Source of the DNA: Octopus sinensis
Taxonomy: Eukaryota
Reading direction: 5' to 3'
Length of the DNA: 64,000 nucleotides
NCBI RefSeq assembly: GCF_006345805.1
Contig: NC_043005.1
Coordinates: 62,558,001 to 62,622,000, forward strand
The notes below the pieces were generated by a model that saw only the letters and a list, made by a program, of their open reading frames with translations, did no database searches and was not told where the DNA came from. Below are positions 13,080 to 24,290 of the stretch, one piece after another. The position numbers were made by a program, and so were the translations under genes. Every line of letters starts with the position of its first letter. Position 1 is the first letter of the stretch.

Positions 13080-14090
13080 CTGCAAAGAAAGAGGCTTGGA
13101 AATGCCATTATGAAGACTGCTGAATGTGGAGAATGAATGGAAGAAGGCGAGTCTGCCAGCTACCCAAATTGACAGGATTCTGATAGATAAAGCAATTAAG
13201 GATATGAAAACAAGGAAAGACCCTGGCCCATCAGGAATCACTGTTGAGATGCTCAAAATATCTGGTGGTGTGGGTTATGGTCTAGTCACCCATATTGTAA
13301 ATCAGGTGGTTCACGAAGGAGTCATACCCAATGACTGGTGTAGCAGCACCAGTCCCCCAATCCCTTATCTGGTGACCAAAATGGAAACTGGGGATAGATG
13401 AGTGGTTGGTGAGAGTCATTCAAGCCTTGTATAGGAATGCTACCAGTAAGGTGAGAGTGGGCAATGAGCACAGTGAAGAATTCAGGGTACAAGTCAGGTT
13501 CACCAAGGATCGGTACTCAGCCCCCTCTTGTTTATCATAGTCCTCCAGGCAATAAGAGAGGAATTCAAGACAGGCTTCCCTTGGGATTTCCTCTATGCTG
13601 ATGACCTTGCTCTTATAGCTGAATCACTACCTAGCAACACCTAAGTCATAGTAAGTAGGAAGGCAGACAAATCACAGATCCCTTCAGGTAGACAGCCCTG
13701 CTCAATCTGTAGAAAAGATATAGGTAGAAACTCCATTAAGATGCACCCAATGTAAGCTTTGGACACATGAAGGATGCAGCAACATCAGAGGAAGGTCAAC
13801 AGGGAAACTAACTTTTACATGTAGAAGATGCACAGGTACAATAAACACTGAAAATGTGCAGAAAATAGACTCCATCAACTGCCAGGAGGGCAAGCTAGTG
13901 GTAGTAGATAGCTTTCGTTATCTAGGTAACCAAGTTACCAAGTTAGTAGTGGGGGCTCCAAGAGTGTAGCTGTGAAAATGAGATTAGGCTGGGTAAAGTT
14001 CAGAGAACTCCTACCCCTGCTGGCAACAAAGGCCTCTCTTCCAGAGTGAAAGGCAGATTGTTTGATATCTGTGTGTGAACAGCTATATTC
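13080..14090 (+). mobile_element. RTE-clade LINE ORF2 fragment (RT with YADD, embedded PHD finger), internally deleted
   Basis: KAIKDMKTRKDPGPSGITVEMLK..IPNDW, then a deletion to DEWLVRVIQALYRNATSKVRVG..QGSVLSPLLFIIVLQAI..FLYADDLALIAES (YADD 13594-13605), then SFRYLG..GWVKFRELLPLLATK. Frameshifts and stops are present. Confidence 0.92.
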
Positions 14091-14112
14091 ATACTATTTT
14101 ATGGTTGGATTA

Positions 14113-14221
14113 CTTCAGGGTTCAAAAATAGCTAACTCCAATTAGGCAATCATTCTATCTTTTCATTATATACAGACATAATGATCACCTAAGTGGAGTT
14201 AGCTCTTTTTGAACCCTGAAG
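14113..14221. repeat. Near-perfect inverted repeat / hairpin (34-bp arms, 2 mismatches)
   Basis: 14113-14146 cttcagggttcaaaaatagctaactccaattagg versus the reverse complement of 14188-14221; mismatches at 14129/14205 and 14141/14193. Confidence 0.95.
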
Positions 14222-14719
14222 AAATTCGATACCATGAATGTGGCAATTTTATTGACATTAAACAACATGCTTTGGAAATTCCTAACTACTTATTGGTTTG
14301 GCAAAAATATATATGTAGGTTCTTCTTACATTTTTTTCTTAACTTTTTTGAGCTTTCAATTTCCAATTTATTTGTAATATTTAAAAAAAACCCCACCTTT
14401 CTACAACATGCAAATAAATTAGTAATTACATTCACTTATTCTCCATTTTCTTTTTGCTTTTCGCTCTCTCTCTCTCTGTATATATGTAAGTGGTAAGTGT
14501 CAGCTTTACAGACTACAGAGTGTGTCTGTGGAAGAGGTTGAAGAACAACATCTGAAATTATGGTGTAATCCAATCCTCAATCTAGTTGGTGCTGGGGAGA
14601 GAGAAGGAGAGAGAGAAACAGAAAGAGAGAGAGAGCTGTATATCCTTGCTATTACTAGTAGAAAACTATTGGAAGAGTAATGTTTCTAATAATGATAATG
14701 ATAATAATAACAATAATAA

Positions 14720-16152
14720 CAGAGTTCAGATTGAGAAAGTGTGGTGTATTAGTCTTGAAGAGAGTCAAAATCAAATGTATGGACAGGCTAACGATAATGT
14801 CGGGGGAGGTTATGAAGCAGATAGAAGAGACAGGCTATAAGTACTTAAGGATTTTGGAAATGGATAAATTGATGGAGAAAGAAATGATAGAAAAATTTAA
14901 GGTGGAGTACTTGTGCAAACTGAGGCTGATCCTTAAGTTGAAATTAAACAGATAGAATAAGATTGAAGCTATCAACACCTGGGTGGTTTCACTCCTTAGA
15001 TATGGAGCAGGGGTAATCGCATAGACAGTAGACGAACTAAACAGCTTAGACAGAAAGACAAGGAAGTTGCTAACTAGATATGGGACACTCCACCCAAAAG
15101 TGACACAGACAGACTGTATGTACAAAAAAAAATGGAGGGAGGACGATTTATTGGATGCAAACACAGTATTAGAGCAGAAGAAAACAACATAACATGGTAC
15201 GTAAAAAATTTCACTGAACCACAATTATTAGAAGTAAGAAGGTCAAGCTTGTGTAGGATGAAAGATTGCAAAGATAAGTACTGTACAAGCAACTGAAAAT
15301 GAATGAAACTGAAAATAGGTGGGTAAGGAAAAGAATGCATGGACAATTTCATAGAGATGTTGATGATAAGACAGACAGAGAAAAAAGATGGCTGTGGATG
15401 ACTAAAAGTGATTTAAAACCAGAAACAGAGGCTCTAAATTGTGCTGCCCAAGAGCAAGCACTATGAAAAATTACATAAAATACAGAATAGACAACACATC
15501 AGAAAGTGATAAATGCAGAATTTGAGGACAAAATGGCGAAACCATTTGGCATATTACCAGTCAATGTATGCTACTAGCCCAGAAGGAATATAAGAGATGC
15601 CATGACAATATAGCAAGGCTTGTCCATTGGACACGTTACAACAAGTATGGACTTGATGGAGCAAAAAATTGGTACAACCATAAACCTGAAGGCATCATCG
15701 GAAACGATAATGCAAAGATCCTGTGGGATTTTATGCGACCATGAGATAGAGAATAGGAAGCAAGACATAGTCTTAATCGAGAAAGAAAGCAAACTATGCT
15801 GGATCATAGATACAACATGCCCAGCTGACAACAAGGTATACAATAAGGAAGAAAGCAAAGTTGATAGATATGACAGGTTAGATTGGGATGTTAATCAGTT
15901 GTGGTCGATGAAAAAGGTGGTAGTAGTACCAATAATTGTTGGAGCCCTGGGAACATTGAGTAAAAATCTTGAGAAGTACATGGAAGAAATAGGGGCTGCA
16001 ATAAAGGTGGAGCACTTGCAGAAAACAGCACTGCTTGGAACCACTTGAATACTCCGGAAGGTTCTCAAAACATAAGGGGTGTCACCTTAGTTCACTGGTA
16101 CTGAACAGCTGACACCATAGTACATCTCCAGCGTTAGAAGCTATGCAAAGGC
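14720..16152 (+). mobile_element. 5'-truncated R4/Dong-clade non-LTR retrotransposon (RT C-terminus, CCHC knuckle, restriction-like endonuclease)
   Basis: GYKYL.I..KIEAINTW..LRYGAG..LDRKTRKLL..LHPK.D.DRLY..ETEAL.CAAQEQAL; CCHC at 15514-15567 (second Cys is TGA); HDNIARLVHW; RKQDIVLIEK; KVDRY; VPIIVGALG; LQKTALLGT. (TAA)n tracts on both flanks. Confidence 0.92.
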
Positions 16153-16190
16153 AATGATAATAATAATAATAATAATAATGATAATAATTA

Positions 16191-16295
16191 CATGGTCAAT
16201 TCCACTGTTAAACTAACAACTTAAAAGACCAGGAAGCATCATGGATGTGGCTCAGCAAGGGTGACTTAAAAAAGAATACTGAAAGACTAATCATC
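16191..16295 (+). mobile_element. Second R4/Dong-type fragment
   Basis: HGQFHC*TNNLKDQEASWMWLSKGDLKKNTERLII, homologous to the HGQF..WLW..SDLKPETEAL segment at about 15340-15440. Confidence 0.7.
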
Positions 16296-16445
16296 ATGTT
16301 GCGCACATATGGTTATGAGGCATGTGCCTGGTGTACCCTTATCAGACTGGTAGTCATGATGGGTATACTGGGTTTTGTATATTTTACCCCAGTGTCACTT
16401 TGATGGCATGCACTGCTCTCTCACTCAATAATAATAATAATAATT
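16296..16445 (+). mobile_element. 3' tail of another retroelement ending in (AAT)n
   Basis: gggtatactgggttttgtatattttaccccagtgtcactttgatggcatgcactgctctctcactc followed by (AAT)n. Confidence 0.5.
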
Positions 16446-17494
16446 ACAGTTATGATGATATATTTTGTGTCATTAATTCCTTATTTTGAAGATAGGTCTG
16501 GTGCTAGAAGATTAAGTAAAATAATTTTCATGATCATATATATTAGTCACTGGATAAATCAGCTTCATCTAATAAAAATGAGTGAAATTTCTTTTTCTGG
16601 TCATTGGATGAGTTTAACTCTAAACTGAAACCTATGAAACACTCATCATTTATAGAATGCTGCTGTGTGGCATAGTATATAATTCCATTTTTGTAGATCC
16701 CACTTACAGGTAGCTATACTGAGCCATTGGCATTTAAGTGAATTTGCCTTGGACACAGCACAATGCTAATGACAATATAAATCATGAACCATTTGACTAG
16801 TTGTTCGATACCTTATCAATTTAGGCATCTGTGATTCTTACTTGAATAACACTTGATTAATATCATTTTAGATATTGATGACAAAGAGAATTATGAAAAC
16901 TTGTTAATATAAGTAGACACTGAATTCACTGAATGCACATAACAACATACAAGCGTTTCTATTTTTCATCTTCGAATATTTGTCAGTTAATTTGTCACTT
17001 TCTCTCCCATAAATCTTCATCTCTCTCAGACATTTTCTGCATCATTGTGCAATAATCTGGATGCAAATTAAAGCCAAGTTCTTAAAATATATAGTAACAT
17101 TTTGAAAGCAATATAATCTTCTGTGATTTAATATGAATACATGATAGCAAAGTTGTCATGGTGCTGAACACTTGATTCAAAATTTTGATCAGTAGAAAAC
17201 TGAAAATAAAGACTTCAATTTATTTCATTGGAAATGAGATGCTATTTTCATTCTTCATTCTTGGGTTAAAGTGGTGGATGTTCAGAAAGCTAGTCAACAA
17301 TCAAACACACAATCCACAGACATTCATTCTTATTTTTATTCAACTTCATTTTCAAATACATTTGTGACTGAGATAGATTTGACTGACCATGTTTACAAGG
17401 AAGCAGAATTATTAAATGAAGCAGAGACTTTGCTGATTTTAAGGCTATAACTTTTGGTATATTATATTAAATTGGGTTGTCACTGCCACTGCTA

Positions 17495-17735
17495 CCATTG
17501 CTGTCGTCATCATCGTCATCATCGTCATCACCATCATCATTGTCACTATTAAACATCCCCTCTCAATGATAGCATAGGTTAGACGGTTTGATAGAATACA
17601 ACAAACTGCATCATGCTCCACTCTCTATTACTGCATGGTTTCTACAGCTGGGTACTCTTCCTAAAGGCAACCGTTTTACATGGTATACTAGGTACTTTTC
17701 GTGGACCAGCACTTGTGAGGTTGCTTGCAAGGCTA
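17495..17735 (-). mobile_element. RTE-type 3' tail element
   Basis: Reverse-complement similarity to the 2480-2645 tail, ending in (GAT/GAC)n. Confidence 0.6.
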
Positions 17736-17812
17736 AAGGGTTGAAGGGGCTTCCATAGCTGAAGAAAAGTGAGAGACAGACAGACAGATAGATAGATGGA
17801 TAAATAAATGCT

Positions 17813-18296
17813 CAAAGAAGAACAAAGAGCAGTGATCCGATTTCTCTTGTCGGAAGGTGTGTCAGGTGCTGAAATTCATTGGAGGCTTTTAGCACAATAG
17901 AAGGACAGTGCACTACTGCATAGAAGTGTGTATGAGTGGATCAATAAGTTTAAAAATGGCTGGACAAGCATAACACATGAAGAGGGAGCAGGATGCTCGT
18001 CAACTTTCACCACTGACGAGAAGATTCAGCAAGCTTGATAGATGGTAATAGTGAACTGGTTTACCCTTACCATCTCTCAGATCACTGCTCTTTGTTCTTC
18101 TTTGGTGCACATTACTAGTGGAGTGGCCATGCTTACACTGTAAAGTCAGAAAGAAAAATGGCATGATCAGGCTCAAACTTTGATCACATGACCACAATAG
18201 TACCAACAATAAGCACGCATGCGCAGAAGGCACTGTGGAAATAATAAAGATTTGTTATAGTGAAAGTGTGGATAATTTTTGACTTTCCCTAATCAT
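17813..18296. mobile_element. Mariner transposon 5' relic with an internally inverted segment
   Basis: Plus strand 17813-18058 encodes KEEQRAVIRFLLSEGVSGAEIHWRL..VYEWINKFKNG (mariner HTH). Minus strand 18296-18080 carries a TIR-like end and the start MATPLVMCTKEEQRAVI. Confidence 0.85.
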
Positions 18297-18355
18297 ATAT
18301 ACACGCTCCCACACAAGTATACATGCATTCATACACCAAACTACATTTCCATATG

Positions 18356-18388
<33 letters not shown>

Positions 18389-18477
18389 TTGGGTGTGTGT
18401 ATTTGAAAAATATATAATACTGCACCAAGAACTTTCTTTTTATTATTCTACTATATATATATATATATACACACACA

Positions 18478-18625
18478 TTTGTTACTTGTTTCTGTCATTA
18501 GACTGTGGCCGTTCTGAGACACCACCTTGAAGAATTTTTAATCAAATGGATCAACCCCCAGGACATATTTTATAAAACCTAGTACTTATTCTATTGATCG
18601 CTTTTGACACTGAGCCTTACAAAGG
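18478..18625 (-). mobile_element. SINE family A, 3' part
   Basis: gttacttgtttctgtcattagactgtggcc..cctagtacttattctattgatc. Confidence 0.75.
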
Positions 18626-18689
18626 AAATGACAAAGGACTGAGATATCTGACACCTTACTGAACTCAAGAAGACCCATTCACATCAGAA

Positions 18690-18787
18690 TTGATACTGGT
18701 GTGGCCCCTGGCCTTACCAGCCCTGGTCAAACTGTCCAACCCATGCCAGCATGGAAAATTGATATTAAATAATAATGATGATGATGA

Positions 18788-18790
<3 letters not shown>
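18690..18790 (+). mobile_element. RTE-type 3' tail fragment
   Basis: ccctggtcaaactgtccaacccatgccagcatggaaa..gatgatgatg. Confidence 0.75.
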
Positions 18791-18844
<54 letters not shown>

Positions 18845-18994
18845 CACATATATATATAGAGAGAGAGAGAGGGAGAGAGAGAAATGATAGAAAGACAGAT
18901 AGGTAGATGGATAAATGAATAAATATATGTTCACACACATAAATATAAATACATTAACACATATTAAGATCCTTCATTTCAATACATATTTTTG

Positions 18995-19140
18995 TCACAA
19001 GTAGTTGGGTCTTCTGCATTCTTTCTTGCCTGTGCAAATCTTCTGCACTCAAAATCTATGTCTCACTACCATGCAGCATCACAGTTTGAACATCATACAA
19101 TGTGCTCTTCATTCTGAGGGAGAAGGCCTTTGAGGCAGTA
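18995..19140 (-). mobile_element. RTE LINE fragment
   Basis: Minus translation LSLRMKSTLYD..MLHGSET*ILSAEDLHRQERM, homologous to the RTE thumb region. Confidence 0.65.
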
Positions 19141-19261
19141 GAGATAATAGCTCACTGGACTTTCCAGCCAGTTCTTACCCTTGCTACTCTAGTCGCAGAA
19201 CAGTTAATTCTATCTCTCACATAAGGAGGTGAAGGTATAGCTATAAAGTTAAGATGTGATT

Positions 19262-19520
19262 TTGGGATCAGTCCCACAGTGCAATATTTTGGGAAGTACC
19301 TATTACTATGGCCCTGGGCCAACTGATGACTTGTGAATGAAATTAATAAATGGAAACTATGGAAGCTGGTCATATATAGATGAGTGTGTGTTGTGTGTAT
19401 GTCTTTGATTTTGTCGCCTCCCTCTATCAATTGACGCCTAGTGTTGGTTGATTTATGTCCAATTAACATGGCAGTTTGGCATGTTCAATGACTGAAATGT
19501 GTAAAAGAATAAGAATAAAT
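19262..19520 (+). mobile_element. SINE family A (degenerate)
   Basis: cagtcccacagtgc..ctatggccctgggccaactga..ttcaatgactgaaatgtgtaaaagaata. Confidence 0.7.
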
Positions 19521-22159
19521 GTAAATTATGAAGCAAAATCTTGACATGAACTACAACACTTTTGACAAAAAATATATATAGTGAAGAAAATAAGTAATGT
19601 ATTGGTGTGACAACATAGTAAGGTGGGGGTAGATCCATTCCCAGACTGGCTTTTCATTCATTTTGTTTTAGGCTTTTCTTCTCATTAGCTCCAATGGGAT
19701 AACTTTTGAGAAATTATATTTTAACATACTAAAGAAACAACAAAATTTTCAGTAATTTGCCTGTTCTATTTACAACTCTCAAAACTTGAAATAAGATTGG
19801 TCTATCTATTCTGAAGAAAACAGAATGAAACAAGAAAAATAACCAACCATTCTTTGTGGCAGAACTGAATGGTAAGGTTAAATTGGTTAAATGACTTTGT
19901 AGTCAGAAGTTCACTTTGTTAATCACATAGCCTTAGGAAAGGAAAAAAAATTCACTTTAATGAGAATTATAATGGCCAAAAAATATTCTTAAGAAATAAA
20001 ATCTTTTCTTTCACCAGATTATATAAATTAAAGATACATCACTCAATTGAACAAGCATTCAATCTAAGAATCAAAACCAGGCTGCCGATTGTATCCACTA
20101 ATAACTTATTGCTACTTCTTTAAACTGTTTCCCTTAAAATTAATATTGATATGTAAATGTGTCAAAGAAAGTGTTAGATGTAGTCTTAATGATTACTTTG
20201 AGGAATATCTCATTTTATTATGTACAAACAATTCTTCAATCATACAAACAATATTGATTTTTCCACAACTTGTAATGCAAGCTCTAAAAGCATTTGTCTT
20301 GTTCATTTTAATTTAAAGGAAATTCTAACTTAATGACTATTTGATTTCCTATAAGATAAACTTCCTACCACATTTTCAGGCACTTCATGAACTTATGCTT
20401 GGAGTAATAAAAAAAAATTGTATTTTTATTTATTTATTTATCTATTTATTTAATTTCTAAATTTTAAGGATTTATTTCCATTTTATTTTTCTCCTAAATT
20501 TCTTATAGTTTTACTTCATTTTAAAAATAAATTATTTCATTTACTATAATGCTATCCGAATGTGCTGATCATATTGTTAAATTCTAGTAAACAACATACT
20601 TAATTCTAAATTAAACCAATTCATTCTTATTTGAATGGGTTGCATTAGTATAATTGTTCCATGTCAAGAGGTAGGATGGCTGCATGCACTTTGTATAATC
20701 TACCAGTTCAAAGCTTAATAGTTCAAACTCACTGCTGAGTTTCACTGAATCTCATTGACCTGGTCACTTTATTCCCTATACACACACTTGTCATTGTCAT
20801 CAGCTCCAACAGCAATGGCATCATTTTAAATCCACTTTCCATGCTGATTTGGGTGAGGATAAACTGACTCATTACTTATTGAGAACTACTGCTCTCATTA
20901 ACTAGTGTTTGTATGCTGGTTTGGCTTGGTCTATTCAGCTGCAAGTCCTTCCTTATTGTCAGTCACTTTACAAAGTGTATTGGATGTATATTTTCATAAC
21001 ACCAATACTAGAGAGACTGATAAGTCCTTGGTAAGACTAGACAAAAGGTACCTCAGAGCCCTTAGCTTTTCTGCTTGTTTGCCAACAACTGTAGAGTGTG
21101 TAGTGGTTTTATTTTTCATGGTTCCAGCACTAGGGTGGTTAAGTTCTCATTGAGACAGGATTAAGGGGCATCTCGCCCATACTTTATCTTTGCTCACTCA
21201 CCGACAAAGAAGGGGTTTTCTACTGTGGCACCAGCACAGGTGATGTTTTGTAGAGAGTACGCAGTAACCTAAGTCATGTACTTTTGCTCATGTAAAGTGA
21301 CTGAGAAGAGGAACAGAGGAAGACTAGAATGGGTGAGTGAAAGAAAAGCATGATGCTAGAGAGAGAGGGGGAAGGGGGAAATGGAAGGAGAGATGGGGAT
21401 GGAGGGAAGGAGTGAGAGAGAGTGAGAGAGAAAGAGTTATTGGGAAGTTGGGGATGGACATTAGCAAAGGAAGAAAAAGTAAAAGTGATCAGTGATATAT
21501 AGAAGTGGTCCAGAGGAGAGAGAGTGATGGATGGCTGTACAGATAGGGTGAATTGGCCTGTATTGAACACATATAGTCCAATGCAGTCTCTTACACATAA
21601 ACCTCATAAAGTGGTGGGAAGGTTTTAGGATAGCGGTGTAATGAGGATGGTAGTAAAATGGACCATTTGTTGCTTACAAGCATCACATCAGTCCACCTAA
21701 ATTTTGGGACTAGGAATAGGAATTTTATATTAAATGCACTAGAACAGACAGGGGGAACAATCTGAAAATACATTTGTCTCTGGTTTTACACTTGAGTAAC
21801 AGAAATAGATATTGGTCTAATAGACTGGTGAGGTTTCATGAGTTCATTAACTATATTAAAAAAAAAACTTGATACGTTTAGGTTTGTAAGTGATTAAAGA
21901 GATGATTATATGTATTTCAATATATGAATAAGGTCTGCACCATACACGACATTTATAGAATACTATTTTCCTTTTTTCATTTAGAAATTTCCATTTGCAT
22001 ATGTGTGTGTGTGCATGCATACACACATGCATATGTATATGAAACATATGAGCTAAATGATTTCAAAATATCACTATTTCCACTTCATTACTACAACTAA
22101 TATGACACAATACCAGTACAAACTAGCCATATACACACACACACATACATAAATGTGTT

Positions 22160-22383
22160 TGTTGTGTTTTTGTTTTTCCAGTTTCAGCTGTTGAGCTGTG
22201 GCCATGCTGGGGCACCGCCATTGTGGTGAAAGAGTACAGCAGGGATCACCACCCCCTGCCGGAGCCTCGTAGAGCTTTTTTAGGTGTTTTCGCTCAATAA
22301 ACACACACAACGCCCAGTCTGAGAATCGAAACCGCGATCCTGCGACCGCGAGTCCGCTGCCCTAACCACTAGGCCATTGCGCC
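22160..22383 (-). mobile_element. Young CpG-rich tRNA-derived SINE (family B, Arg-tRNA-like head)
   Basis: Minus 5' end GGCGCAATGGCCTAGTGGTTAGGGCAGCGGACTCGCGGTCGCAGGATCGCGGTTTCGATTC has A box TGGCCTAGTGG and B-box-like GGTTTCGATTC; the 3' tail is shared with family A. Confidence 0.85.
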
Positions 22384-22481
22384 TCTACAAAATTATATTT
22401 TATATATATATATATATATACATACATGCACATACATATATAATAACATATATGCATAGTATACACATACACACATATATA

Positions 22482-23260
22482 CAGGGTGCGATGGGTGAAT
22501 TCTTACTATTTTATGATTTTAATTTTGCATATGTGCATTGCTTGTTTTTGATTTTGTCAACTATATAGCTAAGTATTGTCAGTTGGGCATCATTTGTAAG
22601 AAAAACAGCACCATGACACAATTCACTCTGCCAGAAATTTGGAAATGACATGCTGTACTGCTTGGCATTCATGCCGGAATCTCCAGTACGAACGTTTCAG
22701 AATGTTTGAGTGTCAATTTGAGGATAGCGCAATCTGACATGTATCGAGAGTGATAAAAATTAAACATCCAGTCAGCATCATAGTGTTTAAATTGATCACT
22801 AGTGATGGCGACATTATGTTTCCATTCATCTTCCCACACGGCCTCAGACTCGACACGGAGGCTTACATCAAGTGCCTTAGTGTTGCCCAGGGTCAAGAGG
22901 CTCACTGCTGGAAGACCTTATGTCTGGCATCAAAACTCTGCACCAATTTGTCAGACAATTTGTGTGACCGCTTTACCCCTAACATCTGGCGACCTAACTA
23001 CCCAGACTGCAATCCCTTTGATTATTATGTGTGGGGCACAGTTGAGCGAGAGACCAACATAACCCCTGGTAACACCAAAGATGAACTGAAGGCAAGGATT
23101 ATGGCAACATTCACCAACTTTAACAAGGAGACCATCCAGAAGAGCTGCTGGAGATTCCAAAGTCGTCTAGAGGCGATGGCTGAAGCCAATGGTGATTTTA
23201 TTGAATAAATTTACTCTTTAGTTTTGTAAGATATGTTTATATAATTTTGGTAAATATATC
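22482..23260 (+). mobile_element. Tc1/mariner DD37D (maT-like) transposon, internally deleted
   Basis: Starts TA|cagggtgcgatgggtg; N-terminus MTQFTLPEIWK*HAVLLG; C-terminus ..FIFPHGLRLDTEAYIKCL..GRPYVWHQNSAP..PNYPDCNPFDYYVWG..RLEAMAEANGDFIE*. Confidence 0.88.
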
Positions 23261-23269
23261 TGTACCTTG

Positions 23270-23300
<31 letters not shown>

Positions 23301-23329
23301 ATACATGCACACATATATACACATATGTG

Positions 23330-23460
23330 TGAAGGCACATGGGCTAATGATTTGGTATGTTGTACTCATGATCATGGGATCATGGTCAATTCCCAGACTG
23401 GCTGTGCATTGTGACTAGTGATGTATAGCATCTGATAATCTAGTCGATCCCTTGATCACA
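23330..23460 (+). mobile_element. Degenerate family B SINE head
   Basis: aaggcacatgggctaatgatt..gatcatggtcaattcccagactgg resembles the 22383 head. Confidence 0.45.
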
Positions 23461-24252
23461 TGATATATGTATGTACAGATGCATATATATATATATATGC
23501 ACATACATGCACACACATCTACACACATAAACATATGTGCCTATATGCCAATGCATCTATACACACTCACACAGATGCAATGCACTCTCATTCTTCTTAT
23601 TATGTGAAAATGCATTACTTCATTAAATGTAACTTGTTGGATCCACTATTTAAATGTTCAGTGAAAAATGTACAAAATATGATTAAATAATGCATTTTTA
23701 TATATTTGTTCGATAAAGACCAGGTTCATTTATTTATTTATTTATTCTGTTATTTATACTGTAGCATAACAAGATATTTCAAGCCTGTTCATGCTAAGAC
23801 TGAAAAACTGAACCGTTCATATAAATGTTTATGATAAAATTTAAATCAATAATACAGTTTATATCAAAAAAACATCATATTGATTTAAAGCCATAAAAAA
23901 TACAAAAAAAAAAAAGTAAAGCGAAACTAACTTCTGAAATTTAATTTTACTGACATTTTGGCTTTGTATTTATATTTTTTCAAGTAAACAGTAATTTGCT
24001 CATCATTCATTCTAATAAGAGACTATTCAATGCAATAGTGAAATTAACTGGGAATCAGTTTAAAATATTGAGCAAAAAAGTTTAACAATAATGTTGTGTG
24101 GCATTTTTCTAAATAAATTGGCTTTATTGACTCTTTAGATAGATTGATAGACTGAATGAGAATGAGACTGACAGACTAAGAAAAAGAGAAAATGAGAAGA
24201 ATGGAAGATACTGAGTGAGAATGAGAAAATAATGAATAAAAAAGGAGAGAAC

Positions 24253-24290
<38 letters not shown>

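Noticed and set aside
14835-16048. ORFs 14835-15224, 15074-15352, 15574-15858 and 15620-16048 as host genes
   Set aside because: Sense or antisense pieces of the R4/Dong element.
21361-21420. G-quadruplex-forming purine tract
   Set aside because: One loop is about 16 nt and it lies in a low-complexity GA-rich repeat; no evidence of function.
22310-22383. tRNA-Arg gene
   Set aside because: Has A/B boxes but no proper acceptor-stem pairing, and continues into a SINE body and tail.
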